Shown here piece by piece: positions 53,974-64,000 of a DNA stretch of 64,000 bases. The translations under genes and the position numbers were made by a program. Each line of letters starts with the position of its first letter. Position 1 is the first letter of the stretch. The notes under the pieces were generated by a model. The model worked only from the letters and a program-made list of their open reading frames with translations. It did not search any database and was not told the DNA's origin. The DNA comes from Paramoeba atlantica (Eukaryota; Protista; Discosea): positions 1 through 64,000 of the forward strand of contig CDRNVI010000185.1 of the NCBI GenBank assembly GCA_977017575.1. Reading direction: 5' to 3'.

Positions 53974-56900
53974 CGTGACGAGAAAAAAAATACGTGACGA
54001 GCACGAAGACAGCGTGACACCTGAGCCCACTCAAAACGGTAAACAAAAGCGCCGCCGAGAAATAGCGAAAAGCTTCTCGAATTATTTTCCTACGACAGGT
54101 CACCGGACAGACAAAACACCAAGCGGCAAATACCAACTTCCTCCGTCTGTAGCCGCATTCCGCAACACGCCTCAGGACTCTTTGAAAACTTGCCCAGTTA
54201 AAGGGTGCGTGTGGAAAACACTCGCTCATGGCGGCAGGTGGCAAGCTTACTACAACCACGTAGCTACAAGACACGCGAATGAAGTGCCCGAATCCTGGTG
54301 GACGAACGAAGGGCGCTTTCTCTGCCAGAAATGCGGGCGACATTACGAAGAAGGCAAACGAGCAACACACGACAACGCTTGCAAAGGAACCTCGACTGAC
54401 TCTGTAGCCAATCCCGCGAATAACTTGACGCAGAGTTCATTGGACCACGGTTCGCGCAGCACCGATGTCTCACAGAGTGTCCAACCTCTTCCTTTACCAT
54501 CGCTTTCTGATATTTGCATGACTCCTATCAACACTTCTAGGGATGTTCCATTCCGATGCCGCTACCAATGGGCGAAAACGCTCACCGATGTATTATCCTC
54601 CGTAGCCAGCGAGAACTCCGTAGCGGCATGGACCCGTCTCGGCATGCTGCCTAAATGCGTTCTACCGGCCCCGAACCGCGGGGGGCGCAAAGGTCGTCTT
54701 TCTTATGCCTCACATGTGACAAAAAGCCTAGAAAGGTGGGGAAAAGGGGAATTTACCGCTCTGTGGATTGAAGCGACCAAAAACAACACGAAGTCGTCGC
54801 ACCCATCAACCAAAGACCAAGATCAAGACCAGGAGCTTGCGCAAGAAGTAAGAAGGGCAAAAGAACGATGCGAAAAACTTGTACGCCAGGGTGAAGTCTC
54901 TCGTGGAATGAGTGCACTAACGGCGGCACCCTTTGCACCTGACAACGACGAAACGTACTGCAAGTTGATGGCAAAGCATCCCACTCGTGCGCAGGACTGC
55001 ATGCTTCAAGATCTCCCGTACCCTAACGCACCTCCCTTGAAAGTAAACGAAGAAGAAGTTAAGCACGCTTTGGGCAGCTTTCGCAAGGGATCATCTGGCG
55101 GAACGATGTCGCTGAGAGCTGAGCACCTTCAGATAGCACTACGTGCCCACGTGGACGAGAAAGTACACCCTCTCACCGCTCTTACAGACGTAGTCAATGT
55201 GCTTCTTTCTGGAAAAGCTCCATTCGAGATTCAGGAACGTTTCGCTGGGGCCAGATTGTGTGCACTTCAGAAAGGAGAATGTGACGTCCGACCTATAGCC
55301 GCAGGCGAGACAATCCGTCGTTTGGTTGGTAAAGTGGCATGTCTAACAGCCAAGAAAAAAGCTAGTCGCTTGTTTAAAGGAATACAGTATGGGGTTGCCA
55401 CGCCAGCCGGATCGGAGAGGGTGATCCACCTCTGCCGACAGACTATGTCCCGCCATGCCGATGACACGAACTTTGTGCTATGTAAGGTGGACCTAGCGAA
55501 CGCGTTCAATAGAGTATCCAGATCTGCGTTCATCGCCTTACTTCGCAAACATTTTCCAGAATTGTCAGCATGGGTGGAGTGGACCTACTCCACGGATAGT
55601 CTCCTAACTTACGGTTCCAGAACTCTTCCATCATCCGAGGGGGTTCAACAAGGGGACCCCCTAGGGCCTCTCCTTTTTTCCCTCGTAATGCTCGAAGCCG
55701 CGAAAATGATCAAAGAAGCACTCCCAGGCAGTCTCCAGCTTCACCTCTGGTACCTCGACGACGGGGTAATAGCCGGTAAGGCCGAAGACGTCAGTTTCGC
55801 TTTAGAGACTCTTTCTCGAGTTGGTCCTAAGTGGGGTCTTCACATCAATACCTCTAAATGCGAAATAATAACGAACCCTGCTTTGGCACACCAAACTGCT
55901 CTTTTTTCCGATATTCCGGAACCCAAGATAAACCGCGAAGGAAATTTTGACATTCTTGGGAGCCCCATAGGCTCTGCTCAACATTGCATAGATTTCCTTA
56001 CGACACACGCCGTGGAACCGGCAGAAGAGACCCTGGAAGCTATAGAAATGCTCGAAGATCCTCAAATTGCCTTGTCATTGATCAGACAGTGTGCGGGTTT
56101 TTGTCAAATGGTCCATTCGCTTCGAACTACCCCACCACATGAGCTTTCTGCACTCTGTCAGCGCCTTGATGAAGCAGTCCTCCATGCGTATGAATGGAAC
56201 ATATGCCCGCTTAGCTCCTCAGCTCGATCACAAGTTCAACGCCCGAAACGGTATGGAGGTTTTGGTCTCCGATCTGCATCTGCGCACCGCTCAGCGGCGT
56301 ACGTGTCTTCAGTTGCTTTTGCTGCAGCGACGGATCGTTGGCTACCGTCAGATGCAGAAGGATTCTCTTCCGCAGTCCTGGACATCAATCGCCGGAGCGG
56401 AGGCCCCGTAGTTGATCCGGACACGGGAAGAGCATTAGAGGAGATCAGCTCCCCTTTTCCGACAGGATCTAGTCAAAGTACAGAAACGGACAATTCTTGC
56501 ACCCCCCGTCAACGTGCCTTGAGTGACGCAATCTCGGCGCACGAATTTTCATGTGCGTACGCAGCGGCGGACAGTAGCACTCGCGCGAGGTACACCTCTC
56601 AGACTGGAGATGGGGCCAGCAGCTGGGCATTTTGCATCCCATCAACAGAGCTTGGCCACGCTTACACACCCACAGAATTCCGCGCCCTCTCCAGGTGGTG
56701 GTTAGGTGCCAAGGTCTACAACGAGTTGAGCACGTGCCCAATTAACACATGCCAACAACCTCTCGACCTCGAAGGAAACCATGCAGTGTCTTGCAAAAGT
56801 GGGAATGGACTGATCTCCCGCCACAATGCGCTCATTACACAATTCACCGACACGTGCTCCAAGGCGAATTTATCACCTTCACGTGAGGTAAGCCTGGGGA

Positions 56901-57790
56901 ACCTAGGGCCTGGCGGCTGTCCCACGAGGCCGGGCGATGTCTTTATTCCGGGCTATGAGAAAGCTCAAGGTCTGGTGCTTGATTTTGCTGTCACCCACGT
57001 TCAGCAACCTAAATACACGGACTTAGTCCGCAACGCTAACGGGGTGGCGGCAGGATCATTTGCGGAGCACTACGCCGCTTCTCACAAGGTGAAAGAGAGA
57101 GAGGAGGCGGAACAAGCAAAACATGTGTTTGTTGCCATGGTGGTAGAATCATATGGTGCTTGGAGTGCAAGTGCCCTATCAATCCTTAGATGGGTTGGGA
57201 AGCATCGCGCCTCATGTTCCCAGGGGACTCTATCTCAAGAAGCAGCTACCCGTCAGCTGCTTCAAGAGCTTAACCTCACCCTGATGCGTTCTCAATCGAG
57301 AATGCTTGTCTCACGCATGCCGGCTGAAGATCCACAACCGGCACTTATTTTGCAGTAGCCTAAACCAAGGCTCGCGGATCCCGGCATGTTCGAAGGCTGA
57401 GGGTGCTGGTCTCGTCGACAGAGTCTATACTCACGCCTAGTCCGTCAGGGCTAGGTACCCCAAGTGAGGTAGTACACGGGTAGTGAATCTCCTCCCCGTC
57501 GGCCAGCATCCTGTTTCGCGACCGTGTCGCTGTCGACACAGGCCCGCGCCTGCGCCCTCCCGTATAACAAGGGAAGGGTCCACAAGTCAGGCCGTGGAGA
57601 GGTCGAAAGACCCGGTCCGGAACGCGCGAATGGTTGAGGAGCCGCCTGCAGGCCGGGTGAGGCGAAGCTGAGGGAGACCTTACCCCGCCCCCTGAAAAGT
57701 TGAAAAGTTGGGTAGGGGAAAGCAGGAAAGTAGGGAGAAAGGTGGGAAAAGTATGTCAAGAGGTGAGAAAAAAAAAAAAAAAAAAAAAAA
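53974..57790 (+). mobile_element. Near full-length RLE non-LTR retrotransposon, lineage E (ORF 53975-57358)
   Basis: Zinc fingers CPVKGC..H and CQKC..H..C, RT (WYLDDG), RLE (RPGDV..LDFAVT). The ORF opens directly after a poly(A) with GTG, so it is probably 5'-truncated. Structured UTR 57401-57633. Confidence 0.9.
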
Positions 57791-58313
57791 TCCTATGGTG
57801 GTGACATAGGCCACGGGTGCTGGTCTCGTCGACAGAGTCTATACTCACGCCTAGCCCGCGAGGGCTAGGTACCCCAAGTGAGGTAGTACACGGGTAGTGA
57901 ATCTCCTCCCCGTCGACCAGCATCCTGTTTCGCGACCGTGTCGCTGTCGACACAGGCCCGCGCCTGCGCCCTCCCATATAGCAAGGGAAGGGTTCACAAG
58001 TCAGGCCGTGGAGTGGTCGAAAGACCCGGTCCGGAACGCGCGAATGGATTGGGTCTGTATTGCTTGTTTTAGTTTTTACTGTTTCTTGTTTGTAGTATAT
58101 ACTTAGGGGAGATTAAATTGCTAGTTTTGGGCTGAGAAAAAACAAAAGGTACATCTGTGGAAACAAAAAGAATTGCTAATTTGATTGCTTGTTTTTAACT
58201 CGTATACCCCCCCCAATGGACCTACTTGGTTCGTCTACTGGGTCAAAATATAGAGGCAATGCCGCGATTCATACTTCTCCCCCCTTATTAATTGCAAAAA
58301 AAAAAAAAAAAAA
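57791..58313 (+). mobile_element. 3'-UTR-only module (structured element, module T, poly(A))
   Basis: Structured element 57815-58047; T module ~58198-58295. Confidence 0.8.
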
Positions 58314-59064
58314 TTTGATTTTAGTATTCACGTATTCATGTAGTATAGTATTTAGTAGTATTTACGTATTCGCGTATAGTATTCACGGGGTTTTCAACAT
58401 TTTTCCCGCCTCTATCACCAAAAACTTGGAACAAGTAATTTATGCGCTCTAAAGAATGCCAACCATCATCAAGGAATCACATGAAGCGTTTTTTGCGCTT
58501 TCATTCTTTTTGGCAACCTATGGAGACACGCGAATACAGCTGAATGTAGCAGCTGAATGAACCATTTAAAAAAGCCTCTTGATGGTAGGTTTTTGAATTT
58601 CGTGTACTATGCCCCCCTGCTTATAAGTTCCCCCTACTCAGGTACGCTTATGAGTTCCTTTTTCTGGTGAATGCTTTTGTACCCACATTTTGCGAAGCCT
58701 TTTTTTACATGTGACAAAATGTCATAAATTTCTACTCTACGTCAGCCTGCTCTACAGGTTCGTTCACTGAGCGGATATTTGTTTTGGATCCAGTTATCAT
58801 CTGGTATGCTTAAGAGTCCTTTTTCTCAAAACCGGGGAACTCATAAGCAGGGGGGGTATAGTATTTTGTTTTATTATTTTTACCCTTGCTTTCGTAAGCA
58901 GACCGATTTTTTTTTCATCACGCTTTTTTTCAGAATACTTTTTTTTATTTTTCTTAAAAGAAATTGCGCAAAAAAAAGCGGCAGATAACTAGGTACAGTA
59001 GTTCCCTTGACCGAGCAATTTATTCAACACCTCTTCCAATTTCTTTACAGCGTTTCAAAGTTCA

Positions 59065-59688
59065 ATGACTTACTCCTTTTTAATGATATGTCCGCTACGT
59101 GCATCGGATGTACACTCTTCAACGCATCCCCGGGCAGCGAAAATAAGGTCTGTTTCCGTACCGCAAGAATACAATTTGGCAAGACTTGTTGAAAGCGCAG
59201 ATAAAAAGCATCGTACCTGGGACACCAACACACCTGTCTGTGAGTGGTATGGCATTGAATGTTGTGAGAAGAAACGAGTTAAAGCAATAAGCTGGCGTTT
59301 TGCAGATTTAGGATCGTTAAATTGGAAATATTTGCCGCCAAATTTAGAGTCTCTAGAGGTGATGAAAGCCCATCTTCGTGGTGAACTTCCACTAGAGATG
59401 TTTCCCCCATCTCTCGTATACATTTATCTGTATTACAATAAGTTAACAGGTAATCTCGTCCTTTTGCGACTTCCACCTTCATTGGAGGTTTTTGACGTTC
59501 AAAGCAATCAGTTTTTTGGCATCGTAGATTTTTCGTTACTTCCAACAGGTTTGTCCGAGCTGACGCTGTCTTGGAACAGTGACCTCAAAGGTGCGTTCGA
59601 TGTGGGAATGTGCAGTCCGAGTTTGAGCTACGACGTTCGGCGTACAAACATCACGGTATCGAATGGATGTTTATTTCGAGAGGTCTAG
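59065..59688 (+). CDS. Leucine-rich repeat protein (copy 3)
   Basis: Identical translation to 31224-31847. Confidence 0.8.
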   Translation: MTYSFLMICPLRASDVHSSTHPRAAKIRSVSVPQEYNLARLVESADKKHRTWDTNTPVCEWYGIECCEKKRVKAISWRFADLGSLNWKYLPPNLESLEVMKAHLRGELPLEMFPPSLVYIYLYYNKLTGNLVLLRLPPSLEVFDVQSNQFFGIVDFSLLPTGLSELTLSWNSDLKGAFDVGMCSPSLSYDVRRTNITVSNGCLFREV

Positions 59689-60181
59689 CGTGATGAGGAT
59701 GATGAGTGCAATGATGAGGATTCTTTCGAAAATGATTTTTTTCAGAATTCCGCCTCGCTTGTCGTTTGGCTTGTCGTTTGGCCGTATTAATTCGACGAGT
59801 GTAAAATGGGCATAAAATGTGAAAGAAATTCTGGGTCAAGATGGGTGAGAATGCACCAAAATAGGGTAAAATAATTTTTTTTTGGTTTCTCTGTTTCGTT
59901 TGAAAGAAACGTTGGGCATATGTTACAGGCTTTAAAAAAGTATTTTTGACTCATTTTATTCATCTGGCATGCGTTTTACTTTAATTGAGAGGGGGGGGTA
60001 TATAATGCTTCTGTTCTGAAATTCGCCCCCCCCGCCCTGATCAGTTCCACAGCGCTCTTTCGGGCCGACATGGGGGCTGCGTTGGCCTGGCAGCAACAAA
60101 ACGACAGAGCTGACAGCACTGGTAAATGTACTCGATACGCTTTGCCCCGGAGTAGAAAAAAGCGAAAAAAATACGCAAAGT

Positions 60182-62449
60182 ATGGACCAGGAGAATGTAG
60201 GACAACCCAAAGGGGAGAATGGTGAATGCTCAACAAGGTTTACCTCCCCCGAAACGACGCTCACGTCCGCTGTGGTTGCGGCGGCGATTCGAAATGTTTA
60301 CCATTCAACACATCTTTCCCGCCTGCTTCGTGTTCTCCCCCCGTCGCTTCGCTCGAAACCTCAAATCTTTCTCGCGCTCTCGGAGCGAAGTACGAACCCG
60401 GATGCTATACTCCGTGCGCTGCGGGAGTTAAGAGAAGCAGGCGAGAGCCCCCCGCCAGACTCGATTCCACGAATTTTGAATAAACTCCCGCCTAACTTAT
60501 GGAGAGAGGCCGTGGAGGTAGTAAGGACAGTTTTGAGAAGAAGCGAGGCAAATGCACCGTCCTCTTCTTCGATTCCTTCCACTCTTCCATCCAATTGTTT
60601 TTTTCCCAACACTCCGCTTTCATTGGAATGTTTTGTAGTGTTACTGCGGCTAGCCGCTCGTGCAGGAGCGCTTTCTTTTGTAGAGAATCTCGGGAAGGAT
60701 CTTTCTTTTGTCAACGGCACGGCTTCTTTATCCAGAAGTGAGCCAGAGGCTATACAGTTTCCCGAAGCATTCTTCTCTGATGCCACTCGAAGCTCCATTC
60801 GCACTTCCTTATGTGTGGCGAAGTTTACCCAAAAAGGATTAGCTCCGGAACGGAGTCCTACCCGACTGAACGTACGACGAATGGAGAAACACCGAGAGAT
60901 GCGAGAAAAAGTCAATGCGGTGCTATCGCGAAACAAAACAACAGAAAGTAGCGCATCTCAAAGTACGGAAAATATGAATTCAAGAACAGACACCACTTTT
61001 TCTTCTCTTCCGAAAAAAGAGGAGAATACGAATGAATTTACAGCGTCTGATGTAGAATCAGAATTTGAAACTGAACTCGCTCGAGCTCAAGAAAACGCCT
61101 CGCAAACCGTGGAGCAGCGTTACGATGCGGAGCGTCGTGAAGCCCAACGTATCCACCCTGCAGTTTCGGAACTCCAACAAATGGATCGGGAACACATCCC
61201 GCTGGACCCCTCTGGTCCGCATCAAATCATCCAGGCCCTGAGGGAGCAAGGGGACTGGCCGACGGGGCTCTATCTCGTCGAGACCCGAGCGGAATTTCGT
61301 AACTCGCGCCAAGCGATTCAAGGCGTAATCCAGTCCATGGCCCGGGAGCATCAGGCCACCGCATTGATCGATTTCACGGAAATTTTACAGCGTGAAGAGG
61401 CAGGCGGAGAAAAAGAGGCAATAAATGAGGAAGAAAACGCAGGAAGAGGAGGAAAACTTGAAAAGCAGGATAAAAGCAAAGGAAACGCCCCCCCTCCTCT
61501 CCGTCGTAGTCTTGCCCTTGTGTGCTCCATGTTGCATGCACATTTAATGTGTAGTAATCTTCACGCCGCCTACGATATCTATTTTGAGTATATCCGACCC
61601 TTACTGTGTGCTTCCAATCAAGTTCAACCCGAAATCCGGGGGTGCTCAGCAACAGAGGAGGAAGCCGTAATGAATAGCAACTCGCCTCAACAAATCTTTC
61701 CCTCCAATTGGATGTGTTTCGGTCTCAGTCTCGCGGCCACCATTTTAATGAAGCAACACACCCAGGCGTTGGATATTGCCCATCACATTGCCCGTGTCGC
61801 TCTCCCTGCGGTCATCGAGGAGGCAAAAAAAGCAAACGAACAAATTAACACAGAAAAAGGAAAAAGGGAAGGGCCGGATACGGAGAGCAGTCCCAACAAA
61901 AACGAAAATCCTCCGATTTCTTCTTCCAAACAAAACGTTACGCCTTCAACAACCTTACCCGAAGAAGAGAATTTAGATTCCATCGACGGGACAACAATCG
62001 GAAACCAATACCTCCCAGGAGAAGCAGCGGAAGAAGAAGATTCTTCCTCCCTATCTTCACCTTCCCTATCTCCTGGATCCTATCCTAAAAAAGACGTGAC
62101 CACGAGTGCCTTACTCGAGCGCTGTGGTCTCCCCGATGTTTTGCTCTTCCCGGGCTCTGAGGAGAACGCTTTAAGGGACTCTTCTTCCCCTTCGAGGGCC
62201 TCTGCTCTCTCCCCCGAGCGGTTTCTGCATAACCTCTGCGCCACCTTCGCGCGTCACGTCCACCGGGACTGGATGAAGGCGCTGCGGGAGCTCGAGAGCG
62301 TGTTCCGGGAGGCGGGGCTGCGGATCCCGGACAGCGCCCGCGCCACGTTCCTGCAGATCAGCGCCAGCTTCTCCAACGAGTCCTACCATCAGAAGAATAT
62401 CTTGGATCGGTTTCTGCAAGAGGAAACCGAGGGGAGGGAGAAAAGATGA
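60182..62449 (+). CDS. N-terminally truncated 755-aa copy (unit 4)
   Basis: Identical translation to 37791-40058; shares the unit-3 3' variants. Confidence 0.65.
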   Translation: MDQENVGQPKGENGECSTRFTSPETTLTSAVVAAAIRNVYHSTHLSRLLRVLPPSLRSKPQIFLALSERSTNPDAILRALRELREAGESPPPDSIPRILNKLPPNLWREAVEVVRTVLRRSEANAPSSSSIPSTLPSNCFFPNTPLSLECFVVLLRLAARAGALSFVENLGKDLSFVNGTASLSRSEPEAIQFPEAFFSDATRSSIRTSLCVAKFTQKGLAPERSPTRLNVRRMEKHREMREKVNAVLSRNKTTESSASQSTENMNSRTDTTFSSLPKKEENTNEFTASDVESEFETELARAQENASQTVEQRYDAERREAQRIHPAVSELQQMDREHIPLDPSGPHQIIQALREQGDWPTGLYLVETRAEFRNSRQAIQGVIQSMAREHQATALIDFTEILQREEAGGEKEAINEEENAGRGGKLEKQDKSKGNAPPPLRRSLALVCSMLHAHLMCSNLHAAYDIYFEYIRPLLCASNQVQPEIRGCSATEEEAVMNSNSPQQIFPSNWMCFGLSLAATILMKQHTQALDIAHHIARVALPAVIEEAKKANEQINTEKGKREGPDTESSPNKNENPPISSSKQNVTPSTTLPEEENLDSIDGTTIGNQYLPGEAAEEEDSSSLSSPSLSPGSYPKKDVTTSALLERCGLPDVLLFPGSEENALRDSSSPSRASALSPERFLHNLCATFARHVHRDWMKALRELESVFREAGLRIPDSARATFLQISASFSNESYHQKNILDRFLQEETEGREKR

Positions 62450-62524
62450 AGAAAAAGGGGAGGGGGTCTAAAAAATAAGAAGTAATAATTTTTTTTAGTA
62501 TAAAGGTTGTAAAAAAAATCGGTA

Positions 62525-63481
62525 GTGTTTCCTCATGAAAAAGAAAACGCGGACTTTGGTAAACGAAAAGCTCTTGCGCGAAATGAAATGTACGCGACAA
62601 TCGGGAGGTATACTTGTGTAGCTACTGTATCATGTGGTACGTACAAAGGTGAAGCCTATTCTTTTAGTATTGATAGTTGGCTTTTTTTGCAAGACTTAGA
62701 TAGCCACATACAGAGACACCTTTTGTTTATTCCGATTTCTTTTTGCCACCTGACAAAAATGTTTGAGTTCTGTGCATTAGCCTGTGCATTACGTGCAGCT
62801 GAGGAACAATCTATAAGTCGTCCTTGTGCAGCGAAGGTGAGCTCTATTACCGTGCCGCAAGAGTACGATTTAATAAGACTTATTCAAAATATGCAGGAAA
62901 GACCCCCTAGCTGGAACACCGACACACCTGCATGCGAGTGGGAAGGCGTTGAATGCGACGAGAAGAATCAAGTTAAAGAATTCAGTTGGTGTTTTGAAAA
63001 CCTAGGATTCTTAGTTTGGAAATATTTGCCACAGAGTTAAGTTTCTTTTCGCATGCAACATGGCCATCTTCGCGGTGAACTTCCCTTGGAAGTGTTTCCT
63101 CCGAACCTAACGCAAATATATTTGTATGCGAATCAGTTAACCGGTCATCTTGACTTGCTCCAGCTCCCACCCATACTGGAGGTCTTGGATGTCGAAAAAA
63201 ATCATTTCCATGGCACCGTCGATTTCTCATCACTTCCGACAACTTTGGAGGAACTAAAGCTGTCGAGCAACAGCGAACTCGAAGGTGCGTTTGATGTGGA
63301 TATGCACAGCCCTGATTTGTATTACGACTTTCTGCAAACAAACATTACAGTCTCGGACGGATGTCGAATTCGAGAGCTCTACTTTGATGTGGATGAAGAT
63401 GACGTTGATGAGTATGAAGATGAGGACGTTGATGAGGATGAAGATGAAGAGGACATGCATGTACATGATGATTTGGATTAG
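62525..63481 (+). pseudogene. LRR gene with in-frame TAA (copy 4)
   Basis: Same translated ORFs as the other copies. Confidence 0.75.
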
Positions 63482-63772
63482 TCCTGTACGTACTTGATGT
63501 GTGCAATTAGATTGATTGTTCAATTGTATTCGATTGATTGGCTGTGTAAATTGGAGGGGCGGGGGCCTTGTTTACTGTTAGATAAATGATTACTGTTAGA
63601 TAAATGATACTGTTAGAGAAATGATTAGAAAAATACTAATACTTCTCCGAATTTTCCTGTTAAAAGTTGATATTTGAGGGGCTGCGGGTGGCGTCCCGAG
63701 AAACCGCGGTATACGATCGGCCCCCCGAGGCCTGGTCCGATAGTAATGTATACCTAAAAAATCTTTGATTTT

Positions 63773-64000
63773 GCCATAGGGATCCAGGGGGCAATCGCCA
63801 GAGTGGCGGCCAACTTCACAGGCACGCTGAAGGTCTGGGCGTACCTGGATGACGTCACCTTTGCTGGTGAACCCAAGGTTTGCGCGGAAGCCCTAGAGGC
63901 CCTCCGCGAGGAGCTGAAGCATCTTGGGCTACGGTTAAATACTGCTAAATGCAAAGTAGCTACCAGACGCGAGGACCTCTTCTCCGAGTTCTCCGGATCT
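63773..64000 (+). mobile_element. Start of a second copy of the retroelement stack (lineage A, same truncation point)
   Basis: Junction TTTGATTTT|GCCATAGGGATCC is identical to 41373-41394; offset 22,391 bp. Confidence 0.9.

Larger units (their letters stand above)
41382..58313 (+). mobile_element. 16.9-kb composite stack of about 15 poly(A)-tailed non-LTR retroelement modules
   Basis: Bounded by TTTGATTTT at 41373-41381 and 58314-58322; the empty site is seen in units 1 and 2 (AAAAAATCTTTGATTTTAGTATTC). Confidence 0.92.

Overview
Eukaryotic DNA, most likely from a euglenozoan (kinetoplastid-like) genome. This is inferred from intronless genes that all lie on the + strand, a spliced-leader (SL)-type motif GATA[C/T]AGTTTCTGTACCTTGTTG found four times, and CRE/SLACS-type retroelements. 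1-26.5 kb: a family of short LRR genes and pseudogenes, an FCP1/SCP-type phosphatase and a large CAMKL/CIPK-like kinase, embedded in MITEs, hairpin repeats, and Tc1/IS630 and Merlin/IS1595 transposase remnants. 26.8-64 kb: a 5,450-bp tandem unit (a large helical-repeat-like protein plus two LRR genes). One copy carries a 16.9-kb insertion (41382-58313) bounded by a 9-bp target-site duplication (TTTGATTTT), and the same junction recurs 22,391 bp later. The insertion is a head-to-tail stack of about 15 poly(A)-terminated modules from several lineages of RLE-type non-LTR retrotransposons. The most notable points are: (i) a full-length element whose ORF begins with an Ataxin-2/PBP1 LsmAD-like domain; (ii) SL exons at the 5' ends of two modules; (iii) a conserved, covarying ~235-nt structured RNA in the 3' UTRs of divergent lineages that I cannot match to a known ribozyme; (iv) an SL-headed, poly(A)-tailed, apparently non-coding SINE-like element.
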